A stretch of DNA of 13,100 nt from Elusimicrobiota bacterium (GTDB lineage Bacteria; Elusimicrobiota; Endomicrobiia; CG1-02-37-114; JAHJSO01). Numbering within the stretch: the stretch's first letter is position 1; each line of letters begins with the position of its first letter. Positions 1-7,175 of the stretch are shown one piece after another. Where the stretch lies: NCBI GenBank assembly GCA_043826435.1, contig JBDRQF010000020.1, forward strand, positions 1 to 13,100. Reading direction: 5' to 3'. The notes below the pieces were generated by a model that saw only the letters and a program-made list of their open reading frames with translations, had not been told where the DNA came from and ran no database searches. Both the position numbers and the translations under genes were made by a program.

Positions 1-2
1 TT

Positions 3-224
3 ACAAGTAATTTGAAAAAAAGAATTTATGAGCATAAAGAAAAACTTGTTGGTGGATTTACGAAAAAATACAATGTTTACAAATTAGTTTATTATGAAGT
101 TTTTGAAGATGTGAAAAGTGCAATCTCCCGGGAAAAACAGATAAAGGCAGGCTCAAGAAAAAAGAAAACTAAATTAATTAATACTATGAATCCTAACTGG
201 AAAGATTTGTACGAAGAATTATGA
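3..224 (+). CDS. GIY-YIG nuclease family protein (small standalone type), 5' end outside the window
   Basis: The frame is open from the window edge: TSNLKKRIYEHKEKLVGGFTKKYNVYKLVYYEVFEDVKSAISREKQIK...LINTMNPNWKDLYEEL*. It has the typical 'T.NL.+R..EH', 'FT.+Y....LVY.E', 'AI.REKQIK' and 'NP.W.DL' motifs. The GIY/YIG motifs themselves would lie upstream, and the TTG at 12 is probably not the real start. About 27% GC by hand count over 1-220. Confidence 0.88.
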   Translation, partial: TSNLKKRIYEHKEKLVGGFTKKYNVYKLVYYEVFEDVKSAISREKQIKAGSRKKKTKLINTMNPNWKDLYEEL

Positions 225-363
225 GATTGCTTCAGGGCTTCGCCCCTCGCAATGACATGCTTTTCGTAATGATATCCTGCTGTCATTGCGAGCGACAGAA
301 GGGAGCGTGTCAATCTGTCTTCAAAAATGAGATTGCTTCAGGGCTTCGCCCCTCGCAATGACA
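221..363. repeat. Cluster of three REP-like palindromic repeats in direct/inverted/direct arrangement
   Basis: An exact 37-bp repeat ATGAGATTGCTTCAGGGCTTCGCCCCTCGCAATGACA occurs at 221-257 and 327-363. A divergent inverted copy TGTCATTGCGAGCGACAGAAGGGAGCGTGTCAATCTG lies at 281-317, and 281-292 is the perfect reverse complement of 246-257. The direct copies are imperfect hairpins (ATTGC...GCAAT outer stem, GGGC-TTC-GCCC inner stem). Confidence 0.92.
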
Positions 364-1777
364 CACTGGTAAAGGAGAGCAATGCCTGTTCAAACGGCTC
401 CATCGGCGACAACAATATGCCCGCGCCGACCTGGCCGATCCCGGGGTTTTTGTGGGCTATGCCGGTGTTGATGAAAGGCGTTATGCCCGTCTCAACGACG
501 CGCCGGACGTCTATGCCGACGGGCGTCCCGGCAAAATCAAAGGCAGGTATCAGATAGTCCCTGTGTTTTGCAAAACAAATGTCATACATCTTTCTTGTCC
601 AGTCAATTGAGTCCTGCGCTTTTCCCCCCACAAACTTCACAATCGCAGGGGCGGCAGCCATCGCAAAGGCGCCTATTCCCGCCGTTTCGGATATCGTTGA
701 GTCCCCTATGTCCGGGTTGGCGTCGTCCTCGGTGAATCCGGGGAAATAAAGACCTTTGGGCATTCCGGCGGGCGCGGTGAACCACAGGTTCGGCAGGCCT
801 GCAACCTTCATCCCTATTTCAACCCCGTTCCTTGATATCACGGCAATTATCGTTGAGCCCTTTATGCCGAGCGCCGGGTCACAGGACGCTTTGCACGCCG
901 CCATTGAGAGGTTTAAGAAAAAGTGCGGGTTGCCGGAAATGAAATTCGCAACGTCCTTCACCGTCTTCTGCGGCAGTCCCGACTCAACGAGGGGTGATAT
1001 AATCTCTTTCAGAAAAAGCCCGGTTGCAGCGACGTTCCTGTTGTGGCACTCATCCCCCATCGTCAGCGCCTGGGCGGTTATCCTCTTTATGCTTATCCCC
1101 TGTCTGTTTTTCCTGACAATCTTCCTGACGATTTTTTGCAGGGCAGGGCCAAGGACCTTCTCCATCCATTTCAGCCGTTTTATTATTTCGGGGCCATTCG
1201 CACCAAACCTGAGGGCTTTACCCAGCCCCTCGTTCAGTGAGCAGTAAGCGAAATTGCCCCACTTTTCATTCTTCACGACAAAAACAAACATTGACGGAGA
1301 AAGCACCCCAGCCATTGGGCCTACAGCGTCGTGGTGGTGGCAGGGGTCAAATTTTATTTTTCCTGATGATGCCAATTTTTCCGCACCCGCAAGATTTTTC
1401 GCCCAGCCCTCATAGACGGCCGCGCCGAGCACCGCTCCTTTCATCGGGCCGCACATCTTTTCGTATTCAATGGGAGGACCTGCATGGTATATCGTGGGTT
1501 CAGAAGAGTCCATCCCCGGCACGATTTTTCGTGCAGGCATTACGTCCACAAGCATCGGTTGGGAAGATACTATCCTGTCGGTCGCCTCTTTATTGGCATT
1601 CTCAACCGCTTCATTATCAAGTGAAATGAGGGCGTCAATGAGTTCCTTCTTCCCGCCCGCGGGCGGCCTGAATTCTATGTTGACGGCGGAAACGCCCTGC
1701 GCCTTCAGGGACTCATAAAACCACTCCAGCCCGACGTTCACCGCTTTTGATTCGCCCAATAATTTGTTGGTTTGCAT
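338..1777 (-). CDS. YlbE/YahG-family (DUF1116) protein, AllG-like oxamate carbamoyltransferase subunit, YahG-type architecture
   Basis: 479 aa with motifs HAGPP, PCHHHDAVGPMAG, LNEGLGKALRFGA, GDECHNRN, ISRNG, DIGDSTISET and INTGIAHKNPGIGQVGAG. The N-terminal 'VNVGL...F.PPAGG' segment resembles YahG and the FdrA C-tail. RBS GGAGAGG upstream; the ATG is 1 nt after the stop of the preceding gene. Confidence 0.9.
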   Translation of the reverse strand: MQTNKLLGESKAVNVGLEWFYESLKAQGVSAVNIEFRPPAGGKKELIDALISLDNEAVENANKEATDRIVSSQPMLVDVMPARKIVPGMDSSEPTIYHAGPPIEYEKMCGPMKGAVLGAAVYEGWAKNLAGAEKLASSGKIKFDPCHHHDAVGPMAGVLSPSMFVFVVKNEKWGNFAYCSLNEGLGKALRFGANGPEIIKRLKWMEKVLGPALQKIVRKIVRKNRQGISIKRITAQALTMGDECHNRNVAATGLFLKEIISPLVESGLPQKTVKDVANFISGNPHFFLNLSMAACKASCDPALGIKGSTIIAVISRNGVEIGMKVAGLPNLWFTAPAGMPKGLYFPGFTEDDANPDIGDSTISETAGIGAFAMAAAPAIVKFVGGKAQDSIDWTRKMYDICFAKHRDYLIPAFDFAGTPVGIDVRRVVETGITPFINTGIAHKNPGIGQVGAGILLSPMEPFEQALLSFTSVSLRGAKP

Positions 1778-1778
1778 T

Positions 1779-2810
1779 CTACCTCTCCGGATTTACCGGC
1801 CGTTTTCCGCCGGCTATCTCATTTTTTATCTCTCTCATTCGCCGGCGGGCAAACTCCGCAAGTGAGCCCTTGTGGGTATTCGCCGGCGGTTCCCCCCATC
1901 TCTCTTTGTATGCATCCTTAAACGACATCCCGCTTTTACCGAGGGCTTTCCAGTAGTCCAGCACGTCGCCGATGTGGACGGGAAAATCAAAAGCCCTTGA
2001 ACTTATGTCATATACGACGCACCTCTCAAGCGGGTAGGACAACTTTTCCGACTGGGATTTCTCAAATTCAGGCGAGAGCAGGGCTGGTTTTCTGACGAGG
2101 TCCGTCCCGGGCAGGCAAACCCTGAAATCTGTTTTTGCGGCCGGTATGCTGAATTTTCCCTCTACGTAAAAGACGTAAGTATTCTCATAATCAAAGTGCC
2201 GGCTAAACCTTTTGTGGTACCTTTCAAGGATTTGCTCGGTCCTTTCGCACCCGATTGTAAAAAGTATAAAATTCCTGATGTTCTTCCTGTTATCACGGCA
2301 GAACTTAAAAACAATCTCAAGCCCGTTCTCCAGTGTTGTGCCGGTAGCAACCACGTCGCCGAGAAAAAAATTTATGTCTTTCTGCGGGAAAGATAACTTC
2401 CTGTACTGGTCGTACTTTATGTGCCAGTTTGAACCACGCCTGTATCTCTGCGAGGTAATGAACGACGAGTAGTGCCTGTTAAAACCGAAAGCCCTGTGCA
2501 GGACTCCGGTAAGGTTGAACACCAGCCCTCCTCTTAAAAAATGTAGGACACAGACCGTGTCGTCGGGAAAATCCCCGAACCTGCATTCCGGGGGCAACGC
2601 CGCCATTGCCTTTGTCAGGCCGTCTGAAAGTTTGCGCTTGAACTCCATCCCTATGATTTCAGGGCTGTTGCAAATCTCCCTGGTCTCCGCAGTGGTGACT
2701 ATGAACCTTTTCAGCGGGGATGGGTTTTTCATCCGGGAACCGGCGCCGTCTCCCTTGATTTCGTATATTGTCACATCGCGCGACTTTTTCCTCAAAAAAA
2801 GTTTTTCCAT
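1779..2810 (-). CDS. Divergent type I phosphoribosyltransferase-fold protein (UPRTase-like), substrate unknown
   Basis: 343 aa. It has a PRPP-loop-like FFLGDVVATGTTL (about 2331-2369) and VLHFLRGG (about 2523-2550), which resembles the UPRTase V.ILRAG motif. The start overlaps the fdrA stop (TAATG). Confidence 0.62.
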   Translation of the reverse strand: MEKLFLRKKSRDVTIYEIKGDGAGSRMKNPSPLKRFIVTTAETREICNSPEIIGMEFKRKLSDGLTKAMAALPPECRFGDFPDDTVCVLHFLRGGLVFNLTGVLHRAFGFNRHYSSFITSQRYRRGSNWHIKYDQYRKLSFPQKDINFFLGDVVATGTTLENGLEIVFKFCRDNRKNIRNFILFTIGCERTEQILERYHKRFSRHFDYENTYVFYVEGKFSIPAAKTDFRVCLPGTDLVRKPALLSPEFEKSQSEKLSYPLERCVVYDISSRAFDFPVHIGDVLDYWKALGKSGMSFKDAYKERWGEPPANTHKGSLAEFARRRMREIKNEIAGGKRPVNPER

Positions 2811-4384
2811 TATGTCAACCCTTCACGTTTCTTCTCACATTCTCCTTTTATAATCCCGGCTGCAACCTTCGTCGCAAGGACGTTAGTCGGCAGGACGATT
2901 ACCCCGGCTGATTTTAACTTCTCCTCCTGCGGGACAAGACCCTGGGGGTCGTCCTGTGTGCCGCAGACATGGGCAATAAAGGACAGCGACCGCCCGTCGT
3001 CAGAAACAATTTTTTGCGCCTGCGCAATCGCCCGGATAAGTTCACCGGCAGGATCAGGGTGGGCGCCATAACCCAGAACAACATCCAGAAGTATTACTGC
3101 AACATCAGGGTCGGACGCCTCCTGAACAATTCTTTCTTTGCGGAGAGTATTGTCTATCATGGGATGGGGTCTGCCCCTTGTGAATTCGTCATCGCCCAGG
3201 TCAACAATACAGTGCCTTTCGCTCTTCCATGCATTTTTCAGTTTTTTTGACATCAACGGTACGGGCACGTTTGAATAAATCTCATCAAGCATCCCCCTTA
3301 AAACTATCTGCGACTCGTCGCAAAGCGTGCCGCCCGAAAAGATGCCGCGGAGGTATTTCCCGCCCTTGCCGTCCTTGTTAACCGCGTTAACTGCCTGCCG
3401 TATTACGTCTCGATATGCCTCTATTGACGGGGGACACCAGTCGCTGCCGGACAACCTTGCGGCCTCAATCGCCGCCTGCTCAATCGTGTTTGCAAATACA
3501 AGACCTCTTTTTTTTGCCTCCGCCTCATTCCCGCCCAGAAAATTTATGACGTATTTTCCCCCTGCGACATAATCAAGTATTTTCCGTTCAACGGACGGCG
3601 ACGGCGGTTTTGACAGCAGAACAACAATTTCTGTTTTGTCGTCGGATTTTAGAAGTTTTATTGCCTGGAGCATGCTCAATCCACCTATTTGTTCTTTTAA
3701 GTCGCGTCCACCCAACCCGATACCCTGCGAAACCCCTAACCCCGCGTTGCTCAAAAGGACGGACAACTCCTGCAGTCCGGTGCCTGCCGCGGATATTATT
3801 CCTATATTACCTTTCCTGACGACATTTGCAAAGCCAAACGCCCTGCCGTTGATAATTGCGGTCCCGCAGTCAGGCCCCATAACCAGAAGCCCCCTCTCAA
3901 TCGCTTCCTTTTTGAGCAGAACCTCATCCTCAATGGAAACGTTGTCGCTGAAAATAAACAGGTTCAGCCCCCTGTTCAGGGCTTTCATCCCAATATATTT
4001 AACGTACATCCCCGGAACCGAGATAACTGCGATGTTTGCATCCGGGAGCAGGTCAACGGCCGAGTCAATGGATCGCGGCTGGTGGCCCTCTCCCGTTCCG
4101 GAAGGCACAGACACCTTCTGCGTCCACAGGTCTTCTATTGCTTTCAGGACGTTCGCCGTTTTCACGCCGTCTTTCAGTGACAGGCATACCAGCAGGTTGC
4201 CGGGTTGCGCCCCTGATGATTCTTTTGTGAGCAGTCCCCTTTCAGACAGCATCTCCTTGTTGGCGGGAGTAGCCATCATAACGGCGCAGTCGTCAACCTC
4301 ATCCAGGTCTTTAATCTGAGCCGTCAGCGACATCAAAAAAACCGAGTCATAATAGGCGTTTTTCCGGACGATGTTTTTTAACAT
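2810..4384 (-). CDS. fdrA: FdrA/YahF-family acyl-CoA-synthetase-fold protein (AllF-like oxamate carbamoyltransferase subunit)
   Basis: 524 aa with motifs N.YYDSVFLM, VMMATPANK, ISVPG, FSDNV, MGPDCGTAII, AAGTGLQE, GLGGRDL, SKPP, FSGGTLC, DLGDDEFTRGRPHPMID, LLDVVLGYGAHPDP and CGTQDDPQ. RBS AGAAGGGGA upstream. Confidence 0.92.
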   Translation of the reverse strand: MLKNIVRKNAYYDSVFLMSLTAQIKDLDEVDDCAVMMATPANKEMLSERGLLTKESSGAQPGNLLVCLSLKDGVKTANVLKAIEDLWTQKVSVPSGTGEGHQPRSIDSAVDLLPDANIAVISVPGMYVKYIGMKALNRGLNLFIFSDNVSIEDEVLLKKEAIERGLLVMGPDCGTAIINGRAFGFANVVRKGNIGIISAAGTGLQELSVLLSNAGLGVSQGIGLGGRDLKEQIGGLSMLQAIKLLKSDDKTEIVVLLSKPPSPSVERKILDYVAGGKYVINFLGGNEAEAKKRGLVFANTIEQAAIEAARLSGSDWCPPSIEAYRDVIRQAVNAVNKDGKGGKYLRGIFSGGTLCDESQIVLRGMLDEIYSNVPVPLMSKKLKNAWKSERHCIVDLGDDEFTRGRPHPMIDNTLRKERIVQEASDPDVAVILLDVVLGYGAHPDPAGELIRAIAQAQKIVSDDGRSLSFIAHVCGTQDDPQGLVPQEEKLKSAGVIVLPTNVLATKVAAGIIKGECEKKREGLT

Positions 4385-4427
4385 TTTTTGAACTTCCCCT
4401 TCTGCTCAAGTGCTGCACCTCACCTTA

Positions 4428-4457
4428 ATTATACCTAATTTTTAATTAAAATGTCAA
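4428..4457 (-). promoter_or_regulatory. Sigma70-type promoter for the fdrA operon
   Basis: On the minus strand, TTGACA (4457-4452), an 18-bp spacer, then TATAAT (4433-4428). Both hexamers are perfect consensus, about 45 bp upstream of the fdrA ATG. Confidence 0.75.
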
Positions 4458-4544
4458 CCGGTTCCCCTCGTTATGGCTGCAAATTATGCAATACACTTCC
4501 CTGCCGGCGGGCGTTGGCAAAGGTGTCCGTGGACGCGGACTAAG

Positions 4545-4574
4545 TTGACATCTACAACGAAAATTTGCTAATAT
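4545..4574 (+). promoter_or_regulatory. Sigma70-type promoter for argG
   Basis: TTGACA (4545-4550), an 18-bp spacer, then an extended -10 TGcTAATAT (4566-4574). It is followed by RBS GGAGAGGGAG and the ATG at 4591. Confidence 0.65.
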
Positions 4575-4590
4575 TATCGGAGAGGGAGAT

Positions 4591-5787
4591 ATGAACAAAA
4601 AGATAATTCTGGCGTATTCGGGAGGGCTTGACACCTCCGTAATGATAAAGTGGCTCAGGGACAACTACCGGGCGGAGGTTATCGCCTGTATCATAGACAT
4701 CGGGCAGAACGAAAACCTCCCGGAGATAAAAAAGAGAGCCCTGGCGACGGGCGCCTCAAAAGCGTGCATTGTTGACGCAAAACAGGAGTTCGCGTCCGAA
4801 TTCATCCTGCCCGCCCTGAAGGCGAACGCCGTATATGAAGGGAAATACCTTCTCGGCACCGCACTGGCAAGACCCCTCATTTCAAAAAAGGTCATTGAGG
4901 TGGCAAGGAAAGAAAAGGCATGGGCGGTGAGCCACGGGGCAACGGGCAAGGGCAACGACCAGGTACGGTTTGAGGTATCTTTCAGGGCGCTTATGCCGGG
5001 GATAAAAATAATTGCGCCGTGGAGGGAGTGGCCTCTTAAATCCAGGGAAGACGAAATATCGTATGCACGGAAGCACAAAATACCTATAACTGTAACGAAG
5101 CAAAAGCCGTACTCCAGCGACGCAAACCTGTGGCACATAAGTTACGAGGGCGGGATACTTGAAGACCCTGACGCCGCACCGCCCGAAAACATGTTCCAGA
5201 TAACTAAATCTCCACAGTCTGCGCCGGCAAAACCGTCCGTTGTTGAGATACATTTTGAAAAGGGCGTCCCGGTAAAACTGAATGGACAGAAGGACAACGG
5301 ATTGGTCTCCATCATCCAAAAACTCAATAAAACCGGCGGTGAAAATGCCGTCGGCCGGGTTGACATGGTTGAGAACCGGCTCGTCGGTATAAAATCAAGG
5401 GGCGTTTATGAATGCCCCGCGGCGACCCTGTTATACGCCGCCCACAGGGAACTGGAATACCTCTGCCTTGACAGGGACACGTTTCATTTCAAGGAAACGC
5501 TCGGCCCGAAATACGGCGAACTGGTTTACTATGGCCTGTGGTACAGCCCGCTGAGGTCCGCCATTGACGGATTTGTTGACGAAACCCAGAAATTTCTGAC
5601 GGGAAGCGTCAAACTAAAACTCCAAAAGGGGAATGTGTCAATCGCAGGCAGGAAATCCGGTAAGTCATTATACTGGCAGAAACTCGCCACTTTTGAAAAG
5701 GAAGACATTTACAACCAGAAACACGCCGAGGGTTTCATAAAATTATTCGGTCTGCCTGTTGAAGTCAATGCGCTACTGCGAAAGTAA
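4591..5787 (+). CDS. argG: Argininosuccinate synthase
   Basis: 398 aa with motifs LAYSGGLDTS, HGATGKGNDQVRFE, IIAPWR, YSSDANLWHISYEGG and DMVENRLVGIKSRGVYECP. Confidence 0.98.
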   Translation: MNKKIILAYSGGLDTSVMIKWLRDNYRAEVIACIIDIGQNENLPEIKKRALATGASKACIVDAKQEFASEFILPALKANAVYEGKYLLGTALARPLISKKVIEVARKEKAWAVSHGATGKGNDQVRFEVSFRALMPGIKIIAPWREWPLKSREDEISYARKHKIPITVTKQKPYSSDANLWHISYEGGILEDPDAAPPENMFQITKSPQSAPAKPSVVEIHFEKGVPVKLNGQKDNGLVSIIQKLNKTGGENAVGRVDMVENRLVGIKSRGVYECPAATLLYAAHRELEYLCLDRDTFHFKETLGPKYGELVYYGLWYSPLRSAIDGFVDETQKFLTGSVKLKLQKGNVSIAGRKSGKSLYWQKLATFEKEDIYNQKHAEGFIKLFGLPVEVNALLRK

Positions 5788-5880
5788 ACAACCGACCGGC
5801 GTGTTCTATTAATATTTTGTATCCAACTTAAACAGGATGTGCGAACACACTAATTAAGGTTAACGCACTCTTAGGCGAAA

Positions 5881-7167
5881 ATGATACACATCCTACTTTC
5901 AATCATATTACTCGTAGTCCATACGCACCTGCCGGCACAGGAGATCCTCGTGGAGAGGAAACTCACCCTGCAACAAAGCGTTGACACCGCCCTCAACAAC
6001 CGCAAGGAAGTCCTCCTGGCGCAGCATGAACAATCGCTGTCAAAAGAAAGAACAAAAGAAGCAACTTCATTTAAATATCCGAAGATTGACTTAATTTTCG
6101 GATATTCAATGGTTGATACCGACCGGCCCATGGTACTGCCGCCGCACTTCGGCTCCGCCCTGATAGACCGTAAAACTCCGGGGGACTATTACATAACGCG
6201 TGTTTCCCTGTGGCAGCACATATACTCCGGCGGGCGTTACAGTTCAAACCTGAAACTGGCTGAATCAAACTTATACCGTTCAGAAATGCAGTTAAGGATA
6301 GTTACGAATGACATAACCTTTGAAGTTAAAAAGGCGTTTTACCGGTTGTTCGCAATCCAGCAAAAGATAGACGTTTATAACCTGCTTATTTCATCGGCGA
6401 ATGAACTTATGAAAGGGGTAAAACAAAAAAAACCCGCCGATGAAATTGAGGGACAACGTTTTATCATCACGATGGAACGGGAAAGGAACGTCCTCATAAA
6501 CGAAAAGGGAAAAAAATCACTGGATTTTCTGAATACACTCGGGATTGAACTGAACACCAGTTTTCTGCTTGAACAGAAATTTGAACCGCTCCCGGAAAAG
6601 TATGATTTAAACTCTCTGCTCGGGTGGGCTTTTAAGAACAGGCCCGAGCCCAAACAGATACAGGCCCAGGAGGAAATAGACGCTCTCTCGCTAAAACTTT
6701 CAATGACTATGAGGCACCCGACGGTCTCGCTCGGCGCTCATTACGAATCCCCCGGAGAGACATTAAATTTTGACCGAAAAAACTGGAACGCCATGCTCAA
6801 CATGGACCTGCCCATTTTTGACGGCTGGGCGTCGTGGTCAAGGATACGGCAGAAACACATACAGGTGGAACAAAACAAACTCAGACGGAGGGACGTTGAG
6901 GACTCCATTCGCCTGGGGGTCAGGAAAACATACCAGAATTATAACTTCTGGCTGAATGAAGTCAACACAAGGAAATCCCAGTTGGAAGAGAAAGCGCCTC
7001 TCCTTTTGGCATTAAACCGGTTGGACCTGCAGTCCGCGATATCTTCTCTGCGGTTATACCTGATGCTCAAACTGGGTTACATAGATGCGGTGGATGAGCA
7101 CCTCTGCAGCCGTGCCGGCATTGAACACGCCATAGGGAAGTCGCTGGTCGCTGAATCAATTAAATAA
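5881..7167 (+). CDS. TolC-family outer membrane efflux protein (OEP)
   Basis: 428 aa. Signal peptide (…LPA|QE), 'LTLQQSVDTALNN', 'KYPKIDL', 'LWQHIYSGG', 'EVKKAFY', 'WAFKNRPE', 'HPTVSL', 'MDLPIFDGW' and terminal 'IEHAIG' fit two OEP repeats. The RBS is weak, so the start is somewhat uncertain. Confidence 0.85.
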   Translation: MIHILLSIILLVVHTHLPAQEILVERKLTLQQSVDTALNNRKEVLLAQHEQSLSKERTKEATSFKYPKIDLIFGYSMVDTDRPMVLPPHFGSALIDRKTPGDYYITRVSLWQHIYSGGRYSSNLKLAESNLYRSEMQLRIVTNDITFEVKKAFYRLFAIQQKIDVYNLLISSANELMKGVKQKKPADEIEGQRFIITMERERNVLINEKGKKSLDFLNTLGIELNTSFLLEQKFEPLPEKYDLNSLLGWAFKNRPEPKQIQAQEEIDALSLKLSMTMRHPTVSLGAHYESPGETLNFDRKNWNAMLNMDLPIFDGWASWSRIRQKHIQVEQNKLRRRDVEDSIRLGVRKTYQNYNFWLNEVNTRKSQLEEKAPLLLALNRLDLQSAISSLRLYLMLKLGYIDAVDEHLCSRAGIEHAIGKSLVAESIK

Positions 7168-7175
7168 TTCAAAAA

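Noticed and set aside
221..363. Mini CRISPR array (two identical 37-bp repeats)
   Set aside because: The 69-bp 'spacer' is too long and contains an inverted copy of the repeat. There are no cas genes in the window and the repeats overlap coding ends, so a REP-like cluster fits better.
92..557. Short ORFs 92..313 (-) and 327..557 (+)
   Set aside because: They are translations of the repeats plus antisense or off-frame overlap with real genes, with no recognisable motifs.
3636..4319. 227-aa plus-strand ORF and the other long antisense ORFs (e.g. 756-1247, 4665-5138, 9384-9785, 12147-12584)
   Set aside because: These are shadow ORFs opposite well-supported genes, with Ser/Pro/Phe-biased composition and no domain motifs.
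4478..4490. ARG box upstream of argG (TGCAAATTATGCA)
   Set aside because: The core is 13 bp rather than the 14-bp TGMAT-N4-ATKCA, it is single rather than tandem, and it lies well upstream of the -35.
4499..4513. CCCTGCCGGCGGG as a remnant of a dispersed palindromic repeat
   Set aside because: It is too short and has no clear second copy in the window, so it could be chance.
5788..5880. Terminator or structured RNA after argG (GTGTTC 5801-5806 / GAACAC 5843-5848)
   Set aside because: The stem is weak and interrupted, there is no U-tract, and it matches no riboswitch motif I recognise.
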